A stretch of DNA of 64,000 nucleotides, from contig QCEK01000001.1 of NCBI GenBank assembly GCA_003280655.1, forward strand, positions 64,388-128,387, in the 5' to 3' direction. The DNA is from Prochlorococcus sp. AG-355-O17 (GTDB taxonomy: Bacteria > Cyanobacteriota > Cyanobacteriia > PCC-6307 > Cyanobiaceae). Below, piece by piece: positions 11,525 to 23,152 of this stretch (position 1 is its first letter; every line of letters starts with the position of its first letter). A program made the translations under genes and the position numbers. The notes under the pieces were generated by a model that searched no databases, had not been told where the DNA came from, and was given only the letters and a program-made list of their open reading frames with translations.

Positions 11525-12856
11525 ATGGGAATTTATTCACCAAGTTCTGGGAGCTTAATTAGAGTAGAAAATATCCTAATAATTGGAAATGGCGGGAGAG
11601 AAAACTCTTTAGCTTGGGCTATTCAAAAAAATGAATTAGTTAAAAAAGTATTTTTAATACCTGGTAACGCTGGTTCAGAAAGGATAAATAAATGTGAAAG
11701 AATAAAAATTGACATAAATAATAAGAATGAACTAGTAGAAAAGCTTAATTTTCTTAAAATTGATCTAGTTATTATTGGACCAGAAATACCTCTAGCAAAT
11801 GGATTAGCTGATTTTCTTCGCAAAAAAGACTATAAAGTATTTGGTCCTAATAAAGATGGAGCAAAATTAGAATTCAGTAAATCTTGGGCAAAGGAATTTA
11901 TGCAAGACGCAAATATTCCAACTGCAAACTTTTGGAAAGTCAATTCTCTAGAAGAAGCCAAGAAAATTATCAATTCATCATTAATGCCACTGGTAGTAAA
12001 AGCTGATGGTCTAGCCTCAGGTAAAGGAGTTTTTATTCCTAATTCAAAAAATGAATGTTTTAAATCAGCAGAGTCAATTTTTAATGGTAGATTTGGCAAC
12101 TCTGGGAACGTAGTTGTTCTAGAAGAAAAAATTCAAGGGCCAGAAGTTTCAGTTTTTGCTTTATGCGATGGTAAGAGATACATATTACTTCCATCAGCTC
12201 AAGATCACAAACGACTTAATGAGAAAGACAAAGGGCCAAATACAGGAGGTATGGGTGCTTATTCTCCTGCCCCATTATTAACAGAAGATTACCTTGATAG
12301 AATTATCAAAGAGATAATTGAACCTACTATAAATGAACTAAACAAAAGAAATATCGATTATAGAGGCGTAATTTACTTTGGGTTAATGATCACAGAATCT
12401 GGGCCCAAAGTTATAGAATATAACTGTAGATTTGGCGATCCAGAATGCCAAACAATAATGCCTTTGATGGATCCAAATTTTGTATTTCTTTTAGAAAAAT
12501 GCTCAATGGGAAATTTAACTGGTGATGAAAAAATTAATACTTCTGAAAAAGTTAGTGGTTGCGTAATAGCGACCTCCAAAGGTTATCCTCACGAATATAA
12601 AACAGGCTTTCAAATAAATATAGGTAAGATTGACTCAAATGATTGTCAAATTTTCGACTCTGGTACTTCTTTAAGTGAAAATGGGAAATTATTAACTGAT
12701 GGTGGAAGAGTCTTAAGTATTGTCTGCCAAGATAAAGATTTTGATATGGTTTTTGAAAAAGCATACAAAAATTTAAAAGAAATTCATTTTGAGGGTATTT
12801 ACTTCAGAAATGACATAGGTCATCAAGTCAGAAAAAACTTTTCTAAGGAGAATTAA
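11525..12856 (+). CDS. purD: Phosphoribosylamine-glycine ligase
   Basis: GNGGRE, VVKADGLASGKGV, QDHKR, GPNTGGMGAY, EYNCRFGDPE. Confidence 0.98.
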   Translation: MGIYSPSSGSLIRVENILIIGNGGRENSLAWAIQKNELVKKVFLIPGNAGSERINKCERIKIDINNKNELVEKLNFLKIDLVIIGPEIPLANGLADFLRKKDYKVFGPNKDGAKLEFSKSWAKEFMQDANIPTANFWKVNSLEEAKKIINSSLMPLVVKADGLASGKGVFIPNSKNECFKSAESIFNGRFGNSGNVVVLEEKIQGPEVSVFALCDGKRYILLPSAQDHKRLNEKDKGPNTGGMGAYSPAPLLTEDYLDRIIKEIIEPTINELNKRNIDYRGVIYFGLMITESGPKVIEYNCRFGDPECQTIMPLMDPNFVFLLEKCSMGNLTGDEKINTSEKVSGCVIATSKGYPHEYKTGFQINIGKIDSNDCQIFDSGTSLSENGKLLTDGGRVLSIVCQDKDFDMVFEKAYKNLKEIHFEGIYFRNDIGHQVRKNFSKEN

Positions 12857-12860
12857 GCTT

Positions 12861-14927
12861 GTGATGGATTCCAATAATCGAGAAAGTAGAAAATATAACA
12901 TCACTGATAATGAAGATATTAGTAATAACTATTGGATTAATGGACTCCTCGATTGGTGGAGTAGGTTCAGTTTAAGAACAAAGTTGTTAGCTATAGCGAC
13001 CCTTGTCGTAAGTCTCCTAATGACAGGCATAACTTTTTTTGCTTTGAATAGTATCCAAAGAGATGCAGGAATGAATGATACTAGATATGCACGAGATCTT
13101 GGTTTATTGTTATCAGGGAATGTTACCGAATTAGTCGCTAATAACCAAAAAAAAGAAATTTCAAATGTAGCTGAAAAGTTTTGGAGATCTAGTCGAAACC
13201 TGCGTTATATATTCTTTACTGATGCTGAAGATATTGTTCAACTTGGGATACCTATCAGTGCAACACCGACAAGTTCAGATAGTCAGTTTCAGCTCACTCG
13301 AAGACTAAAATTACCCTCAGAATTAAAGAAAAGGCCACAATTCCCATTAGTTAGGCAGCATGCGACTCCTCAAGGTCAAGTAACAGATGTATTTGTCCCA
13401 ATGTTGTGGAAAGGCAAATATCTTGGAACTTTAGCTTTGGGAGTCACCCCTAATAAAAAAGCACTAGCCAGTGCTGCCTTAACTAGAGAAGTAACCATTG
13501 CAGTTTTTATATCTATTTGGGTTTTAGTAATACTTGGAGCTGTATTTAATGCACTAACTATTACACGACCCGTAAGGGAGCTAGTAAGGGGTGTTAGAGA
13601 AATTTCAAGAGGAAATTTTAAATCCAGAATTTCTTTACCTATGACAGGTGATCTTGGAGAACTCTTAAATGGATTTAACCGAATGGCAACACAATTAGAA
13701 AATTACGATGAAGCTAACATAGAAGAACTAAAAGCGGCACAAATTAAGCAACAATCCCTAATAGCTACTATGGCTGATGGTGCCATATTATTAGACTCAC
13801 AAGGAAAGATTGTACTTACTAATCCAACAGCTAAGAGACTATTTCGTTGGGAAGGAAGATTCTTAGAAGGCAAATATTTTTTAAATGAAATCCCAGAAAT
13901 TTTATCTAACGACTTACATACAAATATTGAATCTATCTTAAAGAGGGAAAAGGAGAAGGACGACTTAAGATTCAGTTTAGGAGAGCCAGCAAGAACGTTA
14001 AGAATTGTCTTGCAATCAGTTTTAGATACAAATAAAGTTGAATTAAAAGGAATTGCTGTAACAATCCAAGACTTAACAAGAGAAGTTGAACTTAACGCGG
14101 CACAAAATAGATTTATTAGTAATGTTTCTCACGAATTAAGGACACCACTTTTTAATATCAAAAGTTATGTAGAGACCTTACACGATTTAAAAGATCAGCT
14201 TTCTGATGAAGAACAAATAGAATTTCTGGGCATTGCAAATTCAGAGACTGATAGATTAACAAGACTTGTAAATGATGTATTAGATTTATCGAGATTGGAG
14301 TCTGGGAAAATTATTCAGCTTGAGCAAATGGATATAAAGCCAGCAATAGAACAGACTCTTAGAAATTATAGACTTAATGCTACTGAAAAAGATGTTTCAT
14401 TAGCTCATGATATAGAAGAAACTATTCCTCCAATTCTTGGAAATTTTGATTTGCTTTTACAGGTTTTTGATAATTTACTTGGCAATGGATTGAAATTTAG
14501 TCCAAAAAACAGCTCCTTAATCATAAGAGCTTATACTTGGCCAGATTCCTGTCCAGCTTTCCCTCCAAGTATTAAAAATGATGGGGCCCCTCAATGTGAA
14601 TTAGTTTCACCACTCCCAAAAGTAAGAATTGAGATTGCTGATACTGGCTCAGGAATATCTCAGGCTGATCAAGAAAAGATATTTGATCGTTTTTACAGAG
14701 TAGAGAATGCTGTTCATACTGAGCAAGGTACCGGTTTGGGTTTATCTATAGTACGAGGAATAATTGAAAAACACGGTGGGGAAATTCGTATGGCTAGTGA
14801 ATTAGGAGTAGGGACGACTTTCTGGTTTGATTTAGCCTTAGCACAATCTGATAAGGATGAATTATTGACAAAAGCTATTAATAATTCAGATTCTTTTTCA
14901 GGTTCTGAAATTAAAGAAATTATCTAA
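12861..14927 (+). CDS. nblS: Membrane histidine kinase NblS/Hik33 (HAMP-PAS-HisKA-HATPase)
   Basis: Two TM segments, HAMP, PAS, SHELRTPL H-box, GTGLGLSI; located between purD and kaiC. Confidence 0.93.
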   Translation: MMDSNNRESRKYNITDNEDISNNYWINGLLDWWSRFSLRTKLLAIATLVVSLLMTGITFFALNSIQRDAGMNDTRYARDLGLLLSGNVTELVANNQKKEISNVAEKFWRSSRNLRYIFFTDAEDIVQLGIPISATPTSSDSQFQLTRRLKLPSELKKRPQFPLVRQHATPQGQVTDVFVPMLWKGKYLGTLALGVTPNKKALASAALTREVTIAVFISIWVLVILGAVFNALTITRPVRELVRGVREISRGNFKSRISLPMTGDLGELLNGFNRMATQLENYDEANIEELKAAQIKQQSLIATMADGAILLDSQGKIVLTNPTAKRLFRWEGRFLEGKYFLNEIPEILSNDLHTNIESILKREKEKDDLRFSLGEPARTLRIVLQSVLDTNKVELKGIAVTIQDLTREVELNAAQNRFISNVSHELRTPLFNIKSYVETLHDLKDQLSDEEQIEFLGIANSETDRLTRLVNDVLDLSRLESGKIIQLEQMDIKPAIEQTLRNYRLNATEKDVSLAHDIEETIPPILGNFDLLLQVFDNLLGNGLKFSPKNSSLIIRAYTWPDSCPAFPPSIKNDGAPQCELVSPLPKVRIEIADTGSGISQADQEKIFDRFYRVENAVHTEQGTGLGLSIVRGIIEKHGGEIRMASELGVGTTFWFDLALAQSDKDELLTKAINNSDSFSGSEIKEII

Positions 14928-16453
14928 TTTTTGTCTAATCCTTTAAAAACATTTGGAACATTTTGATCGGGTACAACTCTGTGAGGGGCACCACTAAATA
15001 TTTGTTCAAAATTAGAAAAAGAATCTCTTATTTCTGGACCACTGTTTGTAATGATAAATTCTCTTATTCGTTTATCATGCCATGATCCCCGCATTTTAAA
15101 AACATTTAAAGCTCGTGCCATCTCACCTTTAATTTCTACATATTGAAGCAACAAGATGGTATCTGTAATTGTTGAGATATGAGAATCAGTTATAGAATGA
15201 CTTCCCATAAATTCTTCTGCAGTATTAGTAAAAAAGCCTGCTATTTCCTCTTGTTTTGTATAACCCGTAACAGCAATTACAAACTGTCTAAATGCATTCA
15301 AACTTACACCTCTGGCTAATGCAGAGAGAGAATCAATTGCCATTCTTTTTGGTTTAAATTGATTAATTTGCGTTTTTATAATTTGCAAATGATCTTCTAA
15401 ACCAGTTGATTCAGGATATGCACAAATAATTTTTAACAACCCATCACTTTCCATTTTTTCAAAATCTATTCCCCAACTAGTCGCATTCCTAAGCAATTGA
15501 GCCCTTGATTCTTCATATGCAAAAAGTATTGCTCTTTCATTATTGTTATAGGCGTCTTCAACAAATTTTGATACAAGCATTGTTTTCCCTGTACCAGTAG
15601 CTCCAGTGGCGAGAATTATGGAATCTTGAAAGTATCCTCCACCACACATATCATCAAGATCTTTAACTCCAGAGCTAATCCTAATATTTGAGGATCTTTG
15701 CGTTAACCGCATTGCTCCAAGGGCAAACACACTTATTCCATCCATTCCCATAGTGAATGGATATTCACCTTTCATATGTACAGTACCTCTTAACTTTAAA
15801 ACTTCTAAGGTTCTTCTCCTCTTCTCTGACTCAAGAACATTTCTTAGTAAGACAACATTATCGGATACAAATTCTTCTACTCCGTATCTAGCGATTGGTC
15901 CATAATCATCAACTCTTTCTGTTGTCATAACTGTCGTCACACCTATTTCTTTTAATCTTGCTATCAGTCTAAATATTTCTCTTCTAACAACGTAAATAGC
16001 ATCATACTGTTGAAAGACTGCAGTGATTGAATCTATTGCAACTCTTTTAGCTTTATATTTTCTAATTGCATAACTAATTCTCTCAATAAGACCAGACAAG
16101 TCAAAGTTACCCGCAACATCCTGACCATCAGGATCAGGAGATGCGTCTAAAATAAAAAGTTTATTTTGATCAATTAATTCTTGTAAATCCCAACCAAAAC
16201 TTGCGGCATTTCTAATAATATCTAGAGGTGATTCCTCAAATGTTACAAAGATTCCAGGCTCATCAAAATTACAAATTCCATGGTGTAGATATTGAAGAGA
16301 AAAAACAGTTTTGCCAGTTCCTGAGGTACCACTAACGAGTGTACTTCGAGATACAGGCAACCCACCTCTACAAACATCATCAAAACCTTCTATTCCAGTT
16401 GGTAATTTTTGTACTTGCATTTTATTTGATTTGCCAAATTTCTTATCATTCAT
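14924..16453 (-). CDS. kaiC: Circadian clock protein KaiC
   Basis: Two RecA-like domains (GTSGTGKT, GATGTGKT) and phosphosite motif DSHISTITD. Confidence 0.99.
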   Translation of the reverse strand: MNDKKFGKSNKMQVQKLPTGIEGFDDVCRGGLPVSRSTLVSGTSGTGKTVFSLQYLHHGICNFDEPGIFVTFEESPLDIIRNAASFGWDLQELIDQNKLFILDASPDPDGQDVAGNFDLSGLIERISYAIRKYKAKRVAIDSITAVFQQYDAIYVVRREIFRLIARLKEIGVTTVMTTERVDDYGPIARYGVEEFVSDNVVLLRNVLESEKRRRTLEVLKLRGTVHMKGEYPFTMGMDGISVFALGAMRLTQRSSNIRISSGVKDLDDMCGGGYFQDSIILATGATGTGKTMLVSKFVEDAYNNNERAILFAYEESRAQLLRNATSWGIDFEKMESDGLLKIICAYPESTGLEDHLQIIKTQINQFKPKRMAIDSLSALARGVSLNAFRQFVIAVTGYTKQEEIAGFFTNTAEEFMGSHSITDSHISTITDTILLLQYVEIKGEMARALNVFKMRGSWHDKRIREFIITNSGPEIRDSFSNFEQIFSGAPHRVVPDQNVPNVFKGLDKN

Positions 16454-16520
16454 AGTTTTTTGCTAATTAAAAGAAAATAAATAAATTTTGAATTTATTTT
16501 TAATTTTAAAAGTTTATATC

Positions 16521-16838
16521 TTATTTATCTCCAATATATTCAGTTTCAGTTAATTCATCAAAAAGTAGATCTAAACCAATTAAAACTTTCTCTCTATCTG
16601 AAAGATCACCTATTATTTTTCTAACAGGTGGCGGCAAAATTTTAGCTAAGGTTGGAGTGGCTAAAATTTTATCTTCTTCTGCAAGTTGTGGTTGCTTAAG
16701 TACATCGATAACCTTCAAAGCATAAACTCCTTTGAATTCATTATTTAAAATTTCTCTTAAGGTATTTAAAGCTCTCATCGAATTAGGAGTATTTCCAGCA
16801 ACATAGAGTTTTAAAATATATGTTTTCCTTGCTGCCAT
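16521..16838 (-). CDS. kaiB: Circadian clock protein KaiB
   Basis: [14 protein letters not shown]...[23 protein letters not shown]. Confidence 0.99.
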   Translation of the reverse strand: MAARKTYILKLYVAGNTPNSMRALNTLREILNNEFKGVYALKVIDVLKQPQLAEEDKILATPTLAKILPPPVRKIIGDLSDREKVLIGLDLLFDELTETEYIGDK

Positions 16839-16981
16839 CATTATAGTTCCTGAATTGATATAAAAGATTTAAAACAACCCTTGACTTATTACACTACAAA
16901 ATAAGAAAATATACAAACAATTATGATTGCTTATTGGGCTTAATCAAATTATTAATTTGAGCCTTTTAGCGTCTTTAAGAT

Positions 16982-17422
16982 ATGACTAATTCTAAAAACT
17001 CCTCTAACAATTCTTCTGAAAGTAATGAATCGTATGCAATAGCAGAAACTTCAGGTCAACAATTTTGGTTCGAAGTTGATAGATACTATGACATAGACAG
17101 GTTAAATGCAAAAGAAAAAGACAAGATAACACTTGAAAAAGTTTTACTTTTGAAGGATAAGGACTCAATAAGTATTGGTAAACCTTACGTTAAAGATGCA
17201 AAAATTGAATTAGAAGTAGTCTCTCATAGAAGAGATAAGAAAATTCTTGTATACAAGATGCGTCCCAAAAAAAAGACAAGAAGAAAGATGGGTCACAGAC
17301 AAGAACTTACAAGAGTTATGGTAAAATCTATAACAATTGGTAAAAGCGCTCCAAAGTCTTCTGTAAAAAAGGAAACTATCAAAAAAGAGACTAAACCAAA
17401 ATCAGAAAAATCTACAAATTAA
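16982..17422 (+). CDS. rplU: 50S ribosomal protein L21 (N- and C-terminal extensions)
   Basis: YAIAETSGQQF...KILVYKMRPKKKTRRKMGHRQ. Confidence 0.97.
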   Translation: MTNSKNSSNNSSESNESYAIAETSGQQFWFEVDRYYDIDRLNAKEKDKITLEKVLLLKDKDSISIGKPYVKDAKIELEVVSHRRDKKILVYKMRPKKKTRRKMGHRQELTRVMVKSITIGKSAPKSSVKKETIKKETKPKSEKSTN

Positions 17423-17431
17423 ACACTTCTA

Positions 17432-17692
17432 ATGGCACATAAAAAAGGAACAGGTTCTACTAGAAACGGAAGAGATTCAAATTCCAAAAGATTGGGTGTT
17501 AAAGCTTATGGAGGAGAAAAAGTAACTGCTGGATCAATTTTAATTCGTCAAAGAGGTACCTCTTTCCTTCCCGGAAATAATGTTGGACAAGGTAAAGATG
17601 ACACCCTTTTTGCACTCAAAGAAGGAACAGTAAGTTTCGAAAGCATTAAAAGAAATTTAAGAAATAGAAAAAGAGTTAATATAGTTATCTAG
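17432..17692 (+). CDS. rpmA: 50S ribosomal protein L27
   Basis: [16 protein letters not shown]. Confidence 0.99.
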   Translation: MAHKKGTGSTRNGRDSNSKRLGVKAYGGEKVTAGSILIRQRGTSFLPGNNVGQGKDDTLFALKEGTVSFESIKRNLRNRKRVNIVI

Positions 17693-18425
17693 TTTTCTTA
17701 TAAGCTCTTGTAGTTATAAGAATAGGATGAAATACTTCTAAAAATTTTGATTGAAGAGTCTCAAAAAATTTTTCAACAATTTGAATGTCGTCGATATGAA
17801 ACGGATATTCATTTTTTTCTCCTTTGAAAAAATACCAATTAAATAAAGCAATAGAATTAGGATCCATAAACTCATTGAAAATCTCAATTTGTGAAGCTGG
17901 ATCAGCAAGGTGTTCCAAAACATCAAGGCAAACTATCGTATCAAATTTAGATATTTGTGTATCTTGAATTGTCTCGCAAAAAGTAAGTTTTTTTTTGACT
18001 CCTAATTTCTTTGCCCTGTATTCAACAAAGTTTCTATTTGTCTCATTAATATCTACAAAAAAAACATGCTCAACTTTTGAAGACATAGCGTTAGCTAAGG
18101 CATGCGTTCCAATTCCTCCTCCAAAATCTAAAACCAAATCTCTAGAAAATCTCTGCTGAAGTTTTAAAGTATCAGCGATATAGTCCTTGCTTGTGATATG
18201 CCAAGCAGCTAAATCAGCTACATGCCGATCTCCAACTATTTCAGAATAAAAATCCGAAACATCATTCAAAGCATCTCCAGGATGTGAATTTGCCAAATTC
18301 ATCTTTGCATTTGCAAGGAATCCATCTAAATCACATTCCTTAATAGATAAGTATTCCATTAAATGTGATTTCAAATTAAAAGCATTGTCTAAAAACTCTT
18401 TTAAAATAAAATTATTGTTTTTCAA
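17685..18425 (-). CDS. Class I SAM-dependent methyltransferase
   Basis: VLDFGGGIG motif [13 protein letters not shown]. Confidence 0.85.
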   Translation of the reverse strand: MKNNNFILKEFLDNAFNLKSHLMEYLSIKECDLDGFLANAKMNLANSHPGDALNDVSDFYSEIVGDRHVADLAAWHITSKDYIADTLKLQQRFSRDLVLDFGGGIGTHALANAMSSKVEHVFFVDINETNRNFVEYRAKKLGVKKKLTFCETIQDTQISKFDTIVCLDVLEHLADPASQIEIFNEFMDPNSIALFNWYFFKGEKNEYPFHIDDIQIVEKFFETLQSKFLEVFHPILITTRAYKKTR

Positions 18426-18501
18426 TTGCTTTCTCTAAATTTCCAATATCAAAATCATAGAATGGTTATAAATCTTTCTCAAAGTATTCTTAATATTAAA
18501 A

Positions 18502-19419
18502 ATGGAAACTAAAGATGGATTCTTAGTAATTAATAAAGATAAAGGATGTACTTCACATGATTGTGTTAAACAAATAAGGAAGTTACTTAATACGAAAAAG
18601 GTCGGTCACACAGGAACTCTTGACCCAGAAGTTATAGGAATATTACCAATCGCGATAGGCAGTGCAACAAGATTTATTCAATATCTCCCTCAGGGTAAAA
18701 CTTACATAGGACAAATTAAATTAGGGATAAGAACTAACACTGATGATATTCACGGAGAAATAATTAATCAAAAAAGTTGGCCTAAAATCAGTGATGAAAA
18801 ATTAGATCAATACTTAAATAGATTTAGAGGAATTATTAAACAAATTCCGCCGAAAGTATCTAGTGTGCACGTTAATGGTGAGAGAGCTTATAAAAAATCT
18901 TTCAGGAATGAAGTTTTTGAATTGGCACCAAGAGAAGTAAAAATAGACGAACTTACTTTAATGAAATGGGACCAAATAAACGGAATCATAGAAATAAAAA
19001 TCAAATGTTCAGCTGGCACATACATAAGAGCAATTGCAAGAGATTTAGGAGAAATTCTTAATTCCGAGGGTTGCCTTCTACAACTAAAAAGAATTTCAGC
19101 TTGTGGCTTTGATGAAGAAAACTCGATAAAAATATCTGATATCGAGAAAGATAAAAAAAACTCGAAAAATTTCATTATTCCAACAATTTCTGCTCTTAAT
19201 CACATTTCATCATTTGTCTTAAGTACCGAAGAGCAAATCAATTTTTGGCAAACAGGAAGAGCAATTAGAGTTGATATTAATTACTTCCAGGAAAACAAAT
19301 CTTTTGACTACAAAAGACCCATAAAAGTAACAGATAAAAAACAAATACTACTTGGGATAGGTTTCTTAAATGAAGAGCAATCTAATATAAATCCAAAATT
19401 AGTCCTTAATGCTAAATAA
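18502..19419 (+). CDS. truB: tRNA pseudouridine(55) synthase
   Basis: [25 protein letters not shown]. Confidence 0.97.
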   Translation: METKDGFLVINKDKGCTSHDCVKQIRKLLNTKKVGHTGTLDPEVIGILPIAIGSATRFIQYLPQGKTYIGQIKLGIRTNTDDIHGEIINQKSWPKISDEKLDQYLNRFRGIIKQIPPKVSSVHVNGERAYKKSFRNEVFELAPREVKIDELTLMKWDQINGIIEIKIKCSAGTYIRAIARDLGEILNSEGCLLQLKRISACGFDEENSIKISDIEKDKKNSKNFIIPTISALNHISSFVLSTEEQINFWQTGRAIRVDINYFQENKSFDYKRPIKVTDKKQILLGIGFLNEEQSNINPKLVLNAK

Positions 19420-19422
19420 CTT

Positions 19423-20613
19423 CTATAGGTAATCTTTTCTAAAAGGTTTAATCTGCACACCCTTATAAAAATGCTTTAATATTATTTCAGCTTTTTGGCC
19501 TCTAGACGCCAGATATTTAGCCCCCCACTGACTCATTCCGACTCCATGACCTGATCCTTGTCCAAAAACTATCAACCCATTCTTTTGGGGAGTATTGTTG
19601 TTTAATTCTTCCTCAAAAAATTTAAATCTGATAAAATTACTGTTCAGGCCTAATCTTTTTCTAAAATCTACCCCAGATATTTGATCAGAGCCATAAGCCC
19701 CAATAAGTTTTAAATTTTTTACCCTCCCTGTACTAGTAATATCTAGAATCTCTATATTTTTTAAACCTCCAATTTTTGGAAATAAATTTATTAATTCATT
19801 ACTCGAAATTTTTTTTTGCCACCTAAATTTTGGATTATTTTTATCAAAATCTTTCACACTTGATAAATATGGATATTTATTTTTCCATACATCTTGACTA
19901 TTTTCTGTCATTCCACCTGAGCTGCTATGAAACAAAGCATTAATTAATTTATTTTTATACGTTAAAACCAAAGATCTTGTACTTTTAACGGCTCTGATAG
20001 TTTTATAAGTTCTTGATTCCAAGCCATTATAGACTTGATTTTTCTGGGTTGAATCTATATCAAATAAATTATTTCCCTTTTGCTTTAAAGCATAAGTTCT
20101 TGAGGCAATTGCTTGTGCCTTTAATGCTTCAATAGGCCATTTTGCTGGCATTTCTGAACCCACTACGCTACTCAGGTATTTTTCTATTCCTAAAACATTT
20201 ACAACCAATATTTCAGAGTCAAGTACAAAGAGGTTAAGTTTACCAGAAAATCTCTTCTGGCCTACCCATATACCTCTTCCATCAGAAGAGCTAACTTGAA
20301 ATTGTTGATTATTTTTTAAGTTATATTTTTTTTGTTTATTTTTATCAAAATATAAAATTTTTCTATTTTTCTCATTTTTCAAAGTTAAGCCTTTTATTTT
20401 TTTGCTTGTAAAAAATTTACCCTTTATGGTTAAAGGAATTGATCTATCTGATCTGATCCTTAAATTATTATTTTTTGATATCAAAACTCTTATTATTGGC
20501 TCTCTAGATGCAAAAACACTTTCACTCTGAAAAACACAAATAAATAAAATAAATATTAGGCAAAATTTACTATAGTTTTTTTTAAATTTAAGTATCACTT
20601 TGTTTAAAAACAA
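19423..20613 (-). CDS. SpoIID/LytB domain protein (peptidoglycan lytic enzyme)
   Basis: YLSSVVGSEMP...EALKAQAIASRTYA, QVYNG, GHGVGMSQWGA. Confidence 0.92.
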   Translation of the reverse strand: MFLNKVILKFKKNYSKFCLIFILFICVFQSESVFASREPIIRVLISKNNNLRIRSDRSIPLTIKGKFFTSKKIKGLTLKNEKNRKILYFDKNKQKKYNLKNNQQFQVSSSDGRGIWVGQKRFSGKLNLFVLDSEILVVNVLGIEKYLSSVVGSEMPAKWPIEALKAQAIASRTYALKQKGNNLFDIDSTQKNQVYNGLESRTYKTIRAVKSTRSLVLTYKNKLINALFHSSSGGMTENSQDVWKNKYPYLSSVKDFDKNNPKFRWQKKISSNELINLFPKIGGLKNIEILDITSTGRVKNLKLIGAYGSDQISGVDFRKRLGLNSNFIRFKFFEEELNNNTPQKNGLIVFGQGSGHGVGMSQWGAKYLASRGQKAEIILKHFYKGVQIKPFRKDYL

Positions 20614-20686
20614 ATGCTTAGTTTGCCTAAGTTTGACTATAAGTTTAAATTTAATCCAGATATAACAATAAAAATATCATAAATAA

Positions 20687-21625
20687 GTGAATATCACCTT
20701 CTTAGGAACAAGCTCAGGAGTCCCATCCTTAACGAGAAATGTTTCTTCACTAGCACTTAAATTATCACAATCATCAGAAGTTTGGCTTTTTGATTGTGGA
20801 GAAGGAACGCAACATCAAATAATGAAAAGCAATATTAAATCTTCACAAATCAAGAAAATATTTATTACACACATGCATGGTGATCATATTTATGGTTTGC
20901 CTGGACTTTTGGCTACCTTAGGTTTATCAGGCAATTGTGAGGGTATAGAAATTTTCGGTCCTTCAGAGTTGCGAAGTTTTATAAATTCAGCACTTAAAAG
21001 TAGTTTTTGCAAATTGTCATTTCCATTGCATTTTGTGGAAGTTGAAAATTTTGCATCAAAAAATAAAATTCTATTTGAAAACAACAAAATAAAAGTAAAT
21101 TGCGCCTGCCTTAAACATAAAATACCTGCTTATGGTTATAGAGTAAGTGAAAAAGATAAGCCAGGTATATTTGATATCAAAAAAGCAGAGTCTCTAAAAA
21201 TAGCAGCTGGCCCAATTTATTCAGAACTGCAACAAGGTAAAAAAGTGGTATTAGCGGATGGAAGGACATTTGATGGGAAAGAATTCTGTGGACCTCCTAG
21301 AGAGGGAGAAAGTTTCGTTTATTGTACAGATACAGTCTTTAGCGAATCAGCTGTTTCATTATCTAAAAATGCCGATTTACTCGTACATGAATCAACATTT
21401 TCTCAGGAGGATGAGAGCATGGCCTATCAAAAATTACATTCCACAACAATCATGGCTGCCAAAACAGCATTATTATCTAATACAAAAAAATTAATCATTA
21501 CTCATTTAAGTCCAAGATACACTAATAAAAATTCAATTACACCAAGCGATTTGCTTAAAGAGGCGCAAAAAGTTTTCCCAAATACTCACCTTGCTAAAGA
21601 TTTTCTAACTGCAGAAATAAAATAA
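20687..21625 (+). CDS. rnz: Ribonuclease Z
   Basis: FLGTSSG, FDCGEGTQ, THMHGDH, HESTF, THLSPRY. Confidence 0.97.
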   Translation: MNITFLGTSSGVPSLTRNVSSLALKLSQSSEVWLFDCGEGTQHQIMKSNIKSSQIKKIFITHMHGDHIYGLPGLLATLGLSGNCEGIEIFGPSELRSFINSALKSSFCKLSFPLHFVEVENFASKNKILFENNKIKVNCACLKHKIPAYGYRVSEKDKPGIFDIKKAESLKIAAGPIYSELQQGKKVVLADGRTFDGKEFCGPPREGESFVYCTDTVFSESAVSLSKNADLLVHESTFSQEDESMAYQKLHSTTIMAAKTALLSNTKKLIITHLSPRYTNKNSITPSDLLKEAQKVFPNTHLAKDFLTAEIK

Positions 21626-21696
21626 ACTGCAACAGTTCGTTAGCAGGAGCGTTGTAAATGACCAACCCATGAAATAATAGTTTTAGGTTTTTATAT

Positions 21697-22260
21697 TTGA
21701 TGTCGATCGAAATGGTCTCTATTTTTTCATCACTACATAAGTCTTGTAAAAGACTATTTATTTTTCTTCCATTAATTATTGGTTTACTTATTAATCCAAT
21801 CTCTGCAAACGCACTCTATCCTAGTGATCCTTCATCAGTTGACGTTCTAAAAGATGATCTTCACGGTGCCGACCTTCATAATACTGAATATGTAAAATAT
21901 GATTTATCTAATCAAGATTTAGGAGAAGCTAATCTTCAAGGCGCATATATGAGTGTAACTACTGCAAAAAACTCCAGTTTTAAAGGAGCTAATATGACAG
22001 ACCTCATAGCATATGCAACACGCTTTGATAATGCTGACTTTACTGATGCAAATCTTACCAATGGCGAACTAATGAAAAGTGTTTTTGATGGAGCAATTAT
22101 TGATGGAGCAGACTTTACTGATGCAAATCTTGATCTTTCTCAGAGAAAATCATTATGTGAAAGAGCTAGTGGAACTAACTCACAAACAGGAGTTAATACA
22201 ATTGATAGCCTTGAATGCACTGGATTAAAAGGTTACATGCCTCCAAAGCCAAAAGCATAA
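21697..22260 (+). CDS. Pentapeptide repeat protein (exported/lumenal type)
   Basis: A(D/N)LxX repeats, signal peptide, C-terminal LC...GTN...T..SLEC. Confidence 0.9.
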   Translation: MMSIEMVSIFSSLHKSCKRLFIFLPLIIGLLINPISANALYPSDPSSVDVLKDDLHGADLHNTEYVKYDLSNQDLGEANLQGAYMSVTTAKNSSFKGANMTDLIAYATRFDNADFTDANLTNGELMKSVFDGAIIDGADFTDANLDLSQRKSLCERASGTNSQTGVNTIDSLECTGLKGYMPPKPKA

Positions 22261-22269
22261 TATTTAAAA

Positions 22270-22638
22270 CTAACTAACTTCAGAAGGGAAGATATTACCA
22301 GGCTCTCTTGAGCCTGGTTTTTTGCTATACCACCATTCTTGGATATCAGAGGAAAATTTCTTTGAAAAAAGAGTTATTACTGTTTCAACAGGTTTTGATC
22401 CAGGCTCCAAAATCTGCACTGAGTAAGATGGGCATTTTCTTGAAGCCATATCAGCAACGAACCTAGACCCTATTCTTCTCCAACTAGGCTCCTTACTTCT
22501 CCAAGCAAGTCTTGAGCAGGGCCAAGGTAACTCTTCCCTATCATAAAGTCTGCAACATGGTCCAATTACCTTATAACTGTACTGACCTCCATAACTTGAT
22601 TGAACACTGCCAGTCTTGAAAAATTCAAATTTATCCAT
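22270..22638 (-). CDS. Conserved hypothetical protein
   Basis: 122-aa ORF with normal codon usage directly downstream of petF; no motif recognised. Confidence 0.65.
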   Translation of the reverse strand: MDKFEFFKTGSVQSSYGGQYSYKVIGPCCRLYDREELPWPCSRLAWRSKEPSWRRIGSRFVADMASRKCPSYSVQILEPGSKPVETVITLFSKKFSSDIQEWWYSKKPGSREPGNIFPSEVS

Positions 22639-22642
22639 TTAC

Positions 22643-22672
22643 AAAAAAAAAGCCACCTTCATAGAGGGTGAC
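22643..22672 (-). terminator. Intrinsic terminator after petF
   Basis: Minus strand GTCACCCTC-TAT-GAAGGTGGC followed by a T9 run. Confidence 0.75.
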
Positions 22673-22717
22673 AGAGAAATAATTAATAATCAACTTAGAA
22701 AAGTTAAATTTTTATAA

Positions 22718-23017
22718 TTAGTACAATTCTTCCTCAGCATGAGTTGTAATTGTTACGTCAGATGTTGGATAAGCAACACAAGTAAGAACAAAACCAGCTT
22801 CTAGTTGGTCGTCATCCAAGAAACTTTGATCAGACTGATCCACACTACCTGAAGTAACTTTTCCAGCACATGTTGAACATGCTCCAGCTCTACAGGAATA
22901 AGGAAGGTCAATACCTTGTTCTTCAGCCGCATCGAGGATGTATTGGTCATCAGGTACTTCAATAGTTGAATTGAGGCCTTCACCTTCGCTGATGAGAGTA
23001 ACTTTGTAAGAAGCCAT
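22718..23017 (-). CDS. petF: [2Fe-2S] ferredoxin
   Basis: [13 protein letters not shown]...VLTC. Confidence 0.99.
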   Translation of the reverse strand: MASYKVTLISEGEGLNSTIEVPDDQYILDAAEEQGIDLPYSCRAGACSTCAGKVTSGSVDQSDQSFLDDDQLEAGFVLTCVAYPTSDVTITTHAEEELY

Positions 23018-23152
23018 TTAAAATAAAAAATTGTTGGTAATTAATACCTATCAAATACATTTTTAACATCGATTAGGTCGATATGTGAGATTTTGAAGTA
23101 AAAAATGACACAATAAAATGTATGAAAGAGTATCTATAAGAAAAACTTATAC

